Source: Geosiphon pyriformis uo1
Taxonomy: Eukaryota > Fungi > Glomeromycota
Assembly: GCA_016748015.1 (NCBI GenBank)
Contig: JAAOMT010000512.1
Coordinates: 359,806 to 423,805, forward strand
Direction: 5' to 3'
Length of the DNA stretch: 64,000 nt
Part shown: positions 49,537 to 62,812 of the stretch, one piece after another
How the letters are laid out: every line of letters starts with the position of its first letter
Numbering within the stretch: position 1 is the stretch's first letter
Translations under genes and position numbers: made by a program
Notes under the pieces: generated by a model
Seen by the model: the letters and a program-made list of their open reading frames with translations, nothing else
Database searches by the model: none
Told to the model about the DNA's origin: nothing

Positions 49537-52304
49537 TCAATCCTCCTCATAGTTGTCACAGAGATCATGCATAGTCTCCTTCATAGCAATAAAATCTTCC
49601 CCCATCAGGCCTCGAGCTCCATGCCCAAATTCTGGGTACATATCAAAGTGAATGGTTCGAAGAGTACTGTTATATTTTTTGAGAAGATGCCATGGTCTCG
49701 TTGAGATTGAAAGACGTGACATAGTGGGGACGGAAAAGACTTGGAAGTACGAGAAGAGTAAACGCAAGTGTTTTAGATGTAAAATAAGGCAGACACTAGA
49801 TACCTTTCATTCAATATGAATTACCTGGCTGAATTGATTCTCTGCTGATTCCCAAATCCAAAAAATGTATCACTCATGTGAATGGGGTATTTTTTAAATC
49901 ACTTAACTCGAACCAAATTAGTCTTGACAAGTACCTTGAATGGTCAACGTAGCCATTTTCAGTCAAATTCCTAAAAAATTGAGGATAGGAATTGGGGATA
50001 GGAAAGGATACTTTGGTTGTATGCCTTTGGGTGTTGTAGTATTGCAACTTTTAGACACTTTATAAGTGAATATTCACACAAGATTCAAGAAAATTGAAAT
50101 GAATTACCAAGAAGCATATCTGCCCCCCGTCCTGCCGAATCTCTCAAATATCATGTTTTTGATCTCATTGGAGCTATTGGGACTAAAAAATTTTATCTAA
50201 TACATGATCTTTTACTTAATACACTAAAGTATTAATTACGGCAGCCCTTACGTTCCACTAAGACCAAGTGGGAAAGAATCCGGTATCCCCCTTAAAACGG
50301 TGGACTGACCGAACAATGTTATGGCCTTAAGAAAAAGGAGTGAGCGTAGAGATCATGCAAACAAATTTACCTACGCCTAAATATGTATTACCGTTCCTTT
50401 GTTGACTTTAACAGATAGTTCTTCCAAAAGGTTGTTATTTTGATCGAGTTTATCAGCTACATCCAAACCGCCATACGGTCCAATTGGAAAAGGAAAAGCC
50501 GAGGCCAATGTTCCGATATTTGTATTCCCGAGCCAATTTATTTGTGAAAAAAGATTAGTCATTGAGTTAAAATTACGTCGTGATCTATGGATATAAACAA
50601 GTTAGTGATAACTAAAAGTCACATAGAGAAATGAGGGGATAAAAAAGAAATACCTGAACGGCAAAGAAGCCGTTTCAATTGCAGCCGAAAGGGTAGCACT
50701 AGAATGATAGGGTAAATAGTGCTTAAGAGGAGAAAACGAGTTAGATATCGTAAATAGTAATTTTAATGCCACCTCGCTAACTCACATTTGGCTGCGTATA
50801 ATGAGACGTGTCCACGATACTAGAAACCGAAGTGTTTAATGGGATGAATAATGAGGATAATTCCGTAAGATGTAAAATACTGAAAGCGGAATTCAGAACT
50901 TGTTTTTGGTAAATTCTAGCCTTTCATTGACAAAGGCTGTCAATAATCAGATGATATATTAATGGGAAAAGAAATAATATTTTTTACTTGTTTAGGTGGT
51001 GCCCATCTTTGACTCTCAGCAATTCCAAAAGTCATGATTGCACTTTTAGGATATTCATCACGTAATTGTTCAAGAAAGCTACTCGCAAAACCTCCAAAGC
51101 CCCCCAATATATCAGTCAAAATGTGAAATCCCTAGATAATAAGACCAAGTGAGAGATTAGTTGTGAAACATAATAAAATTCCATTTTTTTGAACAGTCAC
51201 GAAATTATTTGGGTGAACATACCTGGATCCCATCGCATTCTTCCGCGAAGGACCTGAAATTTTCTTCAAAACTTGCATGTTCCTGTTTAAGCAAGTTTAT
51301 TAGATTAGAGATTAATTTGAACGAAATACTGCAAATACCAGCCTTTTCGTTTTTGGCGAAAGCATCACACCCATAAGAAAAAATATCAAATGGCATAGAA
51401 GGGTGACCGAATTGGTATTCAGGGATTTCAATGATGCTTTTTGGATGATAATATATTCTATTAAAGTCTGACCACATTTTCACGGATCCTTCCATATTGA
51501 AACTCTTTTCGGAAGGTGCTGAGTTCTGAAAATTTCCCAACAGAGAAGCCATTCAAAAATAAGTGTGAAATTTTAAATTTCAATCAGGCAAAAATAATGG
51601 CGTATATATGCCTCCTCAGTCTCTAGATTTTTTAAGAATTCATTTTTTTCATAAGGGACCTCTATGAGAGGTTCAATATTCGAATTCCTAAAAATTGGCA
51701 GTAGATGATTAAACTTTTGTAAAGCGCAAGATTTCACCAAATATTTTAGCATATATATCACAAACCAGATCTCCCCCTCCTGAAGTATTTGTTCTTGGGG
51801 GTTATATCCAAGGTAACTATTATCTTCATAAACATGATTTATTTTTCTTAAAGAGCCAAAACCACCTAGATAAAATGTTGAAATTTGTCAAGGAATCTTT
51901 GCTATATAAATCCAATCGAGAACTTACACATACCTTTCAGGTCAAAAATCATCAGCCTGGGCGAATAAGTTTCAATACCCTGTCGTTAATAGGGAATTCT
52001 CACTAATTGTTAAGATCAAACATGAACATAGTAAATTTGATATTTTAATCTTACCCGTGGGGTAATACCCGTACGGAACATTACATCATGCAAAATTTCT
52101 GGCTCCTCTTGAGCAAGAGTATCATCGTAAGTAAAATAAGCTTCCTGAAAAAAAGCAACATAACTCTGAGTCAATCGTATCAATTAGGTGAGAATAGCCG
52201 AATTAATTAGAAATGAACAATTATTTATAAACCTGGGTATTCCAAAAATGCGTTCCGACAAAATTGGGGAACTCACCAAACTGTAAAGTAATTATTTCGT
52301 GCAT
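49537..52304 (-). CDS. DML1: Misato/DML1 tubulin-FtsZ-like protein, multi-exon
   Basis: MHEIITLQFGEFPNFVGTHFWNTQ start; ETYSPRLMIFDLKGGFGSL; WSDFNRIYYHPKS; FAEECDGIQGFHILTDILGGFGGF; LRDEYPK; YHSSATLSAAIETASLPFR; ends DLCDNYEED*. Internal exon borders not all resolved. Confidence 0.95.
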
Positions 52305-53794
52305 ATTAAATAAATTCTGAAACGTGAAAGCCTTCTAATTCAATAATAATTAAAATTTTTAAATATGATATCAAAGTTTCAGCCTTTGAAACTTTGCAAA
52401 GCTAAAAAGCTGAAAGAGATAGAAAATTTTTCAAGAAATAAAGATTTAAAAAAGATTGGTGGTCGGATATATCTAATAAAAGACAAGTTTGGTCCGCCAA
52501 TAATGAGAAGTATGACTTCAAAAGCCGGATGATTAAAAATGAGATCGACTATGTCAAGCCATATACTGAGATGTAATTGGTTCTAACGCAATCTAAATTG
52601 TTAATAACTCTTGTCACGGAAAAAAAAAAAAAAAAACCTGGGAAATGTTTACGTGCTCATAATTGTCAATCATTTAGTTTATGGTTTCAGAAATTGAAGG
52701 CATTGAGTTTCAGTTTTATCAATCTCAAGGATGTATTGTTTATTTTTAAATTCAGTAATTTTAAGTTGTTTAAAAAAAAATATTGGAAAGGTAAGCTGTT
52801 CAGGATATAATTTTTGGTCAAATGAAATTTTTTGATTTCGCATTTAATGGTAAATTATGCAAATTGTTCAGTTGTAAGTTTTTTTTTTTTTTCTAAATTT
52901 GAATTATCAACTCGATACCAAGCCTTGATTTTAAAAAAAAAATTGCCACATATTTGAATTCAAAGAATTTTTGAGAAAAAAGTTTTTCATTGTAACCCAA
53001 AAGATTAGGAAAGAAAAAGGTTTTTTAAGCTGATCGAACATTGAGATTGAATTACTTTTTTTTCGAAGCGAAATATTTTCAATTAGGAATGATCTTTGAA
53101 ACTTCCAAAGAGTGGTTTTTAAGAATTTATATTTTGAAACTGAAACTAAATCCAAAATATTTAGGTGTATTTAAAATACCCTTTTCAACTCAAATTTTTC
53201 AATTCAATGAGAATATTTCGATAACCTAATATTTCATGATATTAGGAAATATTATAAAATTCGGGTTTGAATTATTTCGAATTAGCTTCACTGAATATTA
53301 AGATTTTTTTGCTTCCAGAAATTTCTTGATTTCATTTGATCGGCTTCGACTAATGAATCAGTAGTTTTTTTGGGAAAGAAATAAAATGTTGTTTTTCATA
53401 GAAGATTCTGGAAATCGGACCATCCTAAACTAAGCTAGACTTTATTCAACAAATGGCGCGAAAGAACAGGACCACGTGAAAAGCCGCATTGGTCTGATTA
53501 AAAAACATAAACAATAGTTTTTCAGAATGTTCAGAATTCAAAAACTATTTCTTACTTCAAAACTGTAGCTGCCAGTTTTTAGTTTTTTAACTTGATTTGT
53601 TTTAAGGTAGGGTATCAATAATAGATCAATTTCATGTTAAAAAGCACTGTTGAAAAAATTTATTCTAAAAATAACCTTATAGTCACTAGTTCTTGGTGAA
53701 AGTCTCACTTTAAGTTTATCGAAACACGGGAATACTTAATATCAGTCAAAACCCCTATTATAAAAAACTATTATTAAGTGAAAACCTGCGAAAA

Positions 53795-54404
53795 ATGGAA
53801 TCAAATATTAGAACACCAATGAAATCGATTAATATCATTAACAATAATTCACCAACAAGAATTCAACAACAAATATCCCCGGTAACTGCCGTAATTAAAA
53901 CTCCTGAACTTGTTCTCCACATTTGCAGTTTTCTACCAACACCCGATCTTCTCAATGTGCGTAATGTCTGCAGACAATGGCACGAACTGATTAATATTCC
54001 TAGTCGTTTCGTTAGTTATCTCAATTACCTTTGCACAAAAACTCCTACAATTTATATCCTCAAAGAAAGAAATTACAACAGCGAAGAACATGTGAATAAA
54101 ACTATTGGTGTATTTACCGATGAACGAACAGCCAGGAACGCTATGATTCGAAATCATAAGGAATTCATGCTAGAAATGGAATTTCATTATTCTTCTCATG
54201 TTGATGGTTGGTATAAACGAAGTGCTCGACCGTTAGAGCCGGGTGATGATGAATGCACGTATGAATGGTATTTGGAGAAATATGAAGATGTAGTTACGAA
54301 ACGGGATTTAAATGATGAAATAGAGTATGATCCGGAATGGGTTGCTACTGATAGTGAGAGTGATGATGATGACAATGACAATGACAATGACAATGACAAT
54401 GACA

Positions 54405-54457
<53 letters not shown>

Positions 54458-54538
54458 CAGGACGAGGAGGTGGAGGTGGAGGAGGAGGAGGAGGAGGATG
54501 AGGATGAAGATGAAGAGGATTGGCAGGAAGACAATTAA
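53795..54538 (+). CDS. F-box domain protein with acidic low-complexity tail, single exon
   Basis: 247-aa ORF; F-box TPELVLHICSFLPTPDLLNVRNVCRQWHELI; D/N, D and E runs at the C-terminus. Confidence 0.85.
54358..54520 (+). repeat. Compound coding microsatellite (GACAAT)6-(GAT)n-(GAG)n
   Basis: Direct reading; encodes the acidic tail. Confidence 0.95.
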
Positions 54539-55106
54539 AAGCAATTTTCTCAATTCTTTAAAACAAACAATGAGGCCAAGATAGTTAAACTCTGATTGGT
54601 ATTCTCAAAAAGATCATGAAGCTAAAATTATTTTGTACATAGCATCATCTCGAAATACCCATCTTTAGATTAATTTTTGAAAAATTACTGATTACAGCAT
54701 AGCGTCTCTTTACCTTGCTTGAATACTTAATAGGAGGTTCAAATATTTGGAAAATTAACAAAAAAAAGAAAAATATTTCTTTGAATCTCGAATTTTAATC
54801 AATGTCATCATACTCAATATGTAGCCTCCTGGATAACAAATTTGAATACGGAAACGAATAATTCCAAGAAGAGAATTGGCAAATGAAAGATATTGCTTCA
54901 TGATGAATTTTCAGTAATCCCAACCCACCATTCAGTTAACTTCTCGTTTTATCATTGGAATTTGATTGAGCAAAAAATTTTGTTTCTACATATTAATCTT
55001 CTAATGTAAATGATTCTCCCTCTTGTAATTAAGGTGTATATAATTATCCACTTTTGGATCAAATACCAGGGAAGTGTTTATCAAATGATTTTAAGTAATT
55101 TCCCAT

Positions 55107-55782
55107 TCATTTTTTCTTTTTCTTCTTTGTCCTAATCGGTATATTTTTTGGATCAATTCCTCTGACGTAATGATGTCTCCATCCAAGAATCCATCTAATC
55201 AGAAATTTCCAATTTTAATCAATATATATGCAAATTTTATTTCAAATATATTTGCCAGGATTTTTATTAAAGAAATTTCCAAATTTTGACTCAGAATAAA
55301 TTGATGAGATATGCAAAGAAAAATGAAATTAAGTGAAAACATTACTTGCGCTGTCTTGTAGGTATTGCCAGTTCGTCTCTCATTTGTTCACTAGTGACAA
55401 TAAAAAGATGTTCCCAACTCTAAAATCCAATTGGAATACATTATTAAGCAGAAATTATATTAAACACGAAAAACTTTTTATTTGTTTGCTAACCTGGAAT
55501 TTGTCGGCAAGCTCTCCACACCCACGCCCACAACGCTGAAGGAAAATTTTATGATCTGTGATTACGCCTAAAAATCAATTATGTCAATTTTTATCATGAT
55601 AAAAACATGGATATTTTGCGTTTTGAAAGTTAATATAACTTTTAACCTCTTGGCGGGGGGACAAATTGATATATCTTTGATGCAAATCTTCTCACATTCA
55701 AGCGCCAACTTGGCCCAAGAGATGATGTAGACCAGACTGGGATGAGACCTCTCAGGCCAGCTGCTGCAGGCAGTCCTAGCAT
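55107..55782 (-). CDS. FYV4: Mitochondrial small-subunit ribosomal protein mS41/Fyv4 (IGR domain), 123 aa; exons 55782-55647, 55567-55494, 55419-55346, 55194-55107
   Basis: Spliced by hand with GT-AG introns: presequence-like N-terminus, then FVPPPRGVITDHKIFLQRCGRGCGELADKFQSWEHLFIVTSEQMRDELAIPTRQRKWILGWRHHYVRG, matching the IGR-domain pattern FL..IGR.C......F.SW..LF...S..L..L.I....R..IL.W. Confidence 0.88.
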
Positions 55783-56474
55783 GTGAATTTTTAAAAGTTT
55801 TAAAGAATGGACAAATAAAAAAGTTTATGGAATTCTCAAAATTTCATATTTATACTTTTCTTCATAATAGATAATCATTGTATCACTTACATATCTGATC
55901 ATCTGCAACATGATTTCTTGAAAATAGAGGTTAACAAATTTCACAAATCAAAATATTCATATTGTACCCTCGAATTATTCAGAAGGAATGATGTAAAAAA
56001 AAGTTTCATTTATTGCTATTTGTTATACAACTTCAATTTTTTATTTGAATTGATTGATATTTTCATTTATAAGTTATTGAGAAATTTTAATTTAAAACTT
56101 TAGGATTTTTTTCTTTTTGATGCCAGAATTTTTAAATACCAAAAATCTCAAGTCGAGTTGTGTTGCAATGAATTTTTGACCTTTTGACAAAGTCAGCAGC
56201 CTGAGGGATAAATATTTATTTAAGCCCTATATACCTGTAACAATAATGAATGCACTTTCATTATTGGGCGCGTGCCACACACACCTTAATTATAATTTTT
56301 AGCCGCAATTACATCATCACGATAATCATCTTTTTGTCACACCAGCTGACCGTTTTGTGTATTTTAACACAACAATATAGAGTGGAGAATGTAACTCTCT
56401 CCTTTTTGTTTTCCACTTTATTTCGTTTGTTATAACTTTTGGATCTTGAATACTTAAAAGAATCCTCTGATAAT

Positions 56475-57084
56475 ATGACTATGCTAAAGCAACTTCTAGT
56501 TATCTCCTTTTGTATATTGGCGTTCTCATATGCGTTCACTGTAAAAGTGGATCTCTTTGAGAATGAACGAAAGCAAAATTTCCTTTCGAAGCTTTTCTCT
56601 GATGAATATACTACACAACAAACTATAAGTGACTGTGGCAGTGATAAAGACATTCTTCAAATAGAATACATTCATCTCTCACCCGACCCACCACGCAAGG
56701 GTAGAGAGCTCGCGATTGACGCCGCCGGCTACTTGCAAGATAAGGTTGAAAAGGGTAGTTATGTGGATATCACGGTAAAGTTAGGATTGATCCGATTGTT
56801 GCAGCAAAAAATGGACTTGTGTGACGAGTTAAATAAGGTAGAAAAGAATTGTCCATTGGAGGCTGGAAACCAGACTTTGCAAACTGTGGTGGAGTTGCCT
56901 AAAGAAATTCCTCCGGTATGTTTTTCTCACCAATATTTCTGGGTATTTTGACAAAAGATTCGACCTCCTTTTAATAAAATCATTGTAATTATAGGGCAAA
57001 TACTCTGTAGATGCCTTCGCCTACACCCCAGATCGTCGTAGAATTGCATGTCTTAAAGCTGTTGTTATCTTCAAGCTTCAATGA
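56475..57084 (+). CDS. NPC2: Phosphatidylglycerol/phosphatidylinositol transfer protein (ML/NPC2 domain); exons 56475-56915, 56995-57084
   Basis: Signal peptide; DCG..D.LQI..I.LSPDPP.KG, DLC...CPL..G, LPKEIPP|GKYSV....TPD.RIACL. Confidence 0.95.
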
Positions 57085-57479
57085 GTTGTGACACTTGAAC
57101 ATATTTTATTTTATTTTATATAAAATAGTGGTTTATCATGGCATTTCTCTTTGAGAATTCTACACGGTATAGATTTCGGTAGTTTGTTTTTTCGCTTGTG
57201 AATAATTAAGATCCCAACAATCGATTTGTATTTTATACCAAAGTGAAGAATATCTCACTGTTACCTATCATTTAAAAAACTTTTTAGAATTTTTATTATA
57301 TCTAAATTGAAAAGCACCTTGTTTTACAAGTACAAATTTGACATGACTTTTTTTAGCTAACATATATCTATTTCTTAAGTCTTGGGTAATCTTACTAGAA
57401 CATAATTACAAATCTCATAATTCTTATTTGAATTTATGAGATATTATATTGATGATTGTACAAGTAAAGATTTTTTATC

Positions 57480-59612
57480 TTGAAAATTTTCTTTGCTTTT
57501 CGACTATGTTTGTAAATTTAAGAATTATGTAAAAATAAAATATAATTTAAAAATCAATAATTGAACATATTTATAAAAATATTTTTATTTAAAACCAATT
57601 TTAATGTTGTTTTTATTATTAACAAAAGTTTTAGAACTTTTAACAATAAATTGTATTATTTTTTTTATTATTACTATTTTTTAAATGGCCAGAAAAAATA
57701 AATAGCCAAAAAACAATTATTAATATTAACAATTGTAATAAAAACTAATTTTTTAAATTTTAAAAGATTTGGAATTTTTTAAACAGATATGTAAAAAAAA
57801 AACTTTTTTTTTTGTTTTTATAACTATACTTAAAGCAAAAAATAAAATAGTTGTAATTACTAGTTTTAGTATTTAAAAAGCTTTTTAAAGTAAAAACAAC
57901 TAGACAATATTTTTTTAAAATGTTTTTTTAAGTAATATAAAATAAAAACCAGTTTTAATAATAATATTATTATTATAAAAAGGGTTAAAATTTTTAATAG
58001 CAAATTAATAGTAAAGTTATTCTTTTTTTTACAATTTTTTTTATATATTGCTTAAATAACCAAAAAAACAAAGTAATAATCTTTTTTTTTTATTTTATTT
58101 AAAACAATCAAGTTTTTAGAATATTATTTTTCTTTTGAAATTTGTTTTTTTTTTATAAAAAATAAAATATTAGCTTTATTTGGTTTTATTGATATTTATA
58201 CTAATTTTATAATAACTATACTAATTATAATATTTAATTTAAATTTGGTTATAAATAATAATTTTTTTATTTAAATAATATATATCTGTTAAAGCCAATT
58301 TTAATTAATATATAATTGAATTATTTAATATATTGAATTTTAATTGATTTTTACCAGTTTTAAAAGTTAAACAAATTATATTTTTATATATAATTTTAAA
58401 TAATTAACTTATTAAATTATTTAATCTTAAAAATTAAATTGATTAAATAAAAATTAAAGTATTTTTTCTTTTCTGTTTTTTGAGAATATTGTTTTTAATA
58501 ATATTTAAAAAACTTTTATTTTAATATTTAATAAAATTGTAAAAATTAAAATAGTTTATAATAAAACTATATTTTAGTTGTTGTATAATTTTTTTGAATT
58601 AAAATTAATTATTAAAAACAATATTATTATTTAAGTCAAACTTGTTAAATTACTTTTTTTTAACTTTTAAAATTGTTAATATTTTTTGGTAAAATTTTTT
58701 TAATATTAAATTAAAATCTGTTAAATAATAATAATATAATATTATTTATTTTTAAGTTATATATATTTTAGATATAGTTTTGATTTATTAGTTAAATTTT
58801 ATTAAAAAAAAGTTGTATTTAATAAAAAAACTTTTAAATATTAATATTATTTTAAGTATTAAAATTTATACTATTTGGTTTCTAATTACAAAATAGTTTA
58901 ATTTTTTCTTTAATATTTTCTTTTAAGTCTATTATTAATACCAAAATTTTTGAATTTTGTTTTATTAAAACAAATTTTTATGTTAAAACTGCTGTTTTTT
59001 TGGGTTTTTATTTGTTATTAATATTTTTAATGCTTTTAATTGGGTTTTTAAAATTTAAACCAATTAAATTAATTTACTAATTAGATTTATTATTAAATCT
59101 ATTAGTTTTAATTTTTTTAATTATAAAATTGGTTAATATATTTTTTTTAACTGTTAAAATAAAGAAAAAAATTTTTGTAATTAAAAAAATATTATTATTA
59201 TTTTTGGAAAAGTTGTTGATAATTTAAATAAAAAAATTATAAAATATAATATATAAATAATTTGTTTAATAATAATATATTGAATAATAATCCAAGTTTT
59301 TTTATTAATAAAAAAAATCTTGCTAAGATAATAGTACTTTGAAAACTGTAAGCTTTTAATATTAAATTTAATAAAAATAAAACTGCTATATGATTAGCTA
59401 ATTTGGTTTTTGGTAATAATAATTCTGGTTGCTATTATAAAAAAAATGATTTTTTTAAATTAATTTTTTTTAATAAATTTAATATAATTTAATCTTAATT
59501 AGATTTGTGTTTAGTTATATATAAAAAGTATATGAATTATATATTTATTTTTATACACTATGTTATTATATAATAATAAATAATAATAATAAAGTTATTT
59601 TTGTTAAAAAAA
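57480..59612 (+). mobile_element. Extremely AT-rich TE relic, probably LINE-derived at its right end
   Basis: Almost no C/G; GTTATATATAAAAAGTATATG (59515) and TTTGTTAAAAAAAA (about 59600) match the decayed LINE 3' UTR and terminus. Left boundary approximate. Confidence 0.5.
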
Positions 59613-59713
59613 ATTAGAATTAATATTATAAAATTAAATGATAATTTTTTTTAATACAGTTAAAAATTAAAAAATTATTAAAAATTATTAGAAATTATTT
59701 TTAAATAAATTGT

Positions 59714-59753
59714 TCGTATTGTAATACGTAGCGGTTGGGCTGCACTCGTTAAA
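59714..59753 (+). mobile_element. 40-bp 5'-truncated LINE 3'-end insertion with 12-bp TSD
   Basis: TCGTATTGTAATACGTAGCGGTTGGGCTGCACTCGTTAAA flanked by TAAATAAATTGT (59702-59713 and 59754-59765); end resembles GGACTTCACTTGTTAAA and GAACTTCACTCATTAAA. Confidence 0.75.
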
Positions 59754-60723
59754 TAAATAAATTGTGTTTTTTTAATGGTTAATATCTTTTTAAAATTAAA
59801 TAAAATTATGTAAAAATTGTATTTTAATTATTTTTTTATTTTATTTTATTTATTTAAAAATATATTTAAATTATTAAATTTTTTATAATAATAAAAATCT
59901 TTTTTTGTTATTATATATTTTATATATATAAAAAATCTTTTTGCAAAGTTTGGTAAAATTATTGTTAAATTAAAACCGATTAATTTGTAAAAATATTTTA
60001 TTATTAAATTAAAACCGATTAATTTGTAAACATATTTTACTATTTATTTTAAAAATTTAATTTTGGTTAATATTGATTTAAAAAACAGTTTAAAAACAAA
60101 ATTAAATACTTTTTTTTAAATATACAAATTTTAAATTTAGTAATATAATTAATTAAATTAATAATTAAATTTATTTTATTTTTATTCATACTAAAAATAT
60201 GTAATTGTATTTTTTTTAAAACAAAAAATGCTTTTAATTTTATTATTATTATTATTATAAGTATTAAAATTATTTGATTTTAGTTTAAAAAATTGTTTAT
60301 TTTTTTTGGTTTTAAAAAATAGTTGTAAAAGCATTTAATCCTTAAAATGTAATAATTTTCAAAAATTAGTTGTTTTAGTTTTATATATTCAAATTAATAG
60401 TTAATTTGATATGTTATTTTGTTGTTACTTTTATTAAATTTTATTAAATATATTGAATTTTGTTTTAAAATATAACAAAGAAATTAAAAAGTTTGGTATA
60501 ATAAGTACATTTTTTTAATAAAAATTGTAATAATTATATGACAAAACCATGTACTTATTTGTAATACTTTAATAAAATATAGTTTTGATTGGCTTAAGTG
60601 GTTAAACACATATAAATAGTACATAATTCAAGTTCTTTAATATTAAAAATTCAATTAATTAATTATTTGATTATTTATTTAAAAATACAAAAAGTTTCAA
60701 AAACCAAAAATAAGTTGTGATAT

Positions 60724-60763
60724 ATTATTATTATTATTATTATTATTGTTGTTGTTGTTGTTA
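60724..60763. repeat. (TTA)n-(TTG)n compound microsatellite
   Basis: Direct reading. Confidence 0.9.
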
Positions 60764-61311
60764 TTTATTATGGTCGTCAAAAAAAAACTCGGGTGGCTGG
60801 TCAAATGTAGAAAGCATATGAGCTGTGTTTACTAAAGAACATTTATTGTTGTATGTTAGTAAATAGCTAATTCAATAAAACATTCTAGATAATATTTTAA
60901 TTTATTTCAAATTTACTTTGTTTACACATATATGTAAAAAGTAATCCTTATATATATATATATATAATATGATTTTAATTAAGAAAAAGACAAAGAAAAA
61001 AAAAATCTTTAATTTTAGATAGAATGAGAAACACAGGGGATTAATCAATCCATTTTCGAAGAATCGAAGTATCCATCCATCCATTATAAGACTTATTATA
61101 AAGTAAAAAAATTTTTTTTTTTAATTCATTTCACAATATGATTAAATATATTAAAACTATTGACAAATATTGATTATTTAGTCACAAATCCAATAAATAT
61201 TAATTTTATTTGTCTATAATATTTTTACCGTTCTTTTTATTACCAATTTTATAGTTTTTCCAAGGTCTTTTTTTGTTTTTCCAATTATTTTGATAAATGA
61301 TTGCAGTTTCA

Positions 61312-61356
<45 letters not shown>
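61312..61356. repeat. (AAT)n microsatellite
   Basis: Direct reading. Confidence 0.9.
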
Positions 61357-62595
61357 TTTTTGATAGGAAAATTTTGATGTTACAAATTTAAAGATTCAAT
61401 TCAATATGAGTTGGAAAAAAAAAAGAAAATAGAAAAAGGACTTTGGGTATTTTAATTAAAAAGCTTTTTTATTAGTATTAAAGTTCAAAAACTAACCTTA
61501 TTTTCTTAATTATCAATGGGAATGTACAAATTTAAAAGAACTTATTTTTACCGTAGTATTTGTATTCAATTTCAATGATTTTTGAATTTGAAAATTACTT
61601 TTCCGATACCCAAACATATTTGTTTATTTTTATTTTTACACATTAAAAATCTTCAAGAATAGATTTTCTTTTTAATTCGATCGAACACGGAAAATTTTCA
61701 GAAACTTGATCTAAAATTTTGTCGAACCAATAAAATTGTTTAAACTTAAATTTTCGAGGTTTACTCGTTGTAAACATAATACTATTCAATTTTTTGTTGG
61801 GAACGTTCATTTGACTTTATGAAAAGAAGTCCGAAGATTTGGAAGGTTATTATTAAAAAAAAAGATTTTTTCAGATAAGATGTAGTAAAAAAAAAAAAAA
61901 AAAAAAAATTTTAATAGAAAAGTTGAGATTTTCAACAAATGGATGAAACCTTTTTATCTGAATGAAATAATTTCGGAATTAAATGTTATACAGCATAATT
62001 TATCACTGTTTCCTCAAAAAGGAGAATGTCGTGATACATTAATTATATTAATGGATTAATTTTCATATCCGACGGTTCTGAGAAGATATTTGAAAAGGTT
62101 ATCATTAAAACTGTGGTCACTTTTATATTTAGGTTTATGATCGAAACAAGATTATTATGCATTCAATATTCACCCTTACATTAATAAGGAATTTCGAATT
62201 CGAAATAATTTACCAATTCTGGCCAAAAAGAAAATCCTTATTCGTTATTTCTTTCTTTTTATCAAATGTTCAATGATTAAGTTTGTATCAAAAGAAATGA
62301 AACCTGTAACCAATCATATCTCAGAACATTCAACTTTTTCGGAGAAAATATTTCGAAATTTAAAATTTTGGGTAACTCTCTACTTTTCTCCTGTTTTCCG
62401 GGTGAAGAAACTATGGCTGCCATACGTGTTGCTGCTGCTATCAATAATTAAAACGCGATGTTGAAAGTACAAATTGAAGGAATATAATTAATACCGTGAT
62501 ACCAGTATCAATTAAAGACATCATACAAATTCAAAAAGATTCATTTTAAATCATGTATATAAAGGTGGGAACCTAGCAAAAGTTTAATTAACCCA

Positions 62596-62642
62596 TCACC
62601 ACCACCACCACCACCACCACCACCACTCCTACTACCACTACC
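62596..62642 (+). repeat. (CAC)n/(CTA)n microsatellite, likely in the 5' UTR of the downstream gene
   Basis: Lies between a TATATAAA box (about 62556) and the ATG at 62813. Confidence 0.75.
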
Positions 62643-62812
62643 GCTCTCTCTTTATCTTACCCTTTTTCCTTTAACAGACCGCCTTATAACTCACGGCCAC
62701 AAACCTATTTCATTTTTTTATCTGAACTTTCTTTTTATTGGAAAGATATCAACAAAAGTTATTCTTTTAAAAGCACATATACATCTTCCCGAAAAGCATT
62801 ATCTCAGTCAAA

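Noticed and set aside
54196-54584. Poly-Met, poly-Ile and poly-Ser ORFs
   Set aside because: Alternative frames of the GAT/GAG microsatellite in the F-box gene.
55700-55790. GC-rich island considered as a structured ncRNA (tRNA-Sec or ribozyme)
   Set aside because: It is coding exon 1 of FYV4 on the minus strand; no tRNA boxes or hammerhead core.
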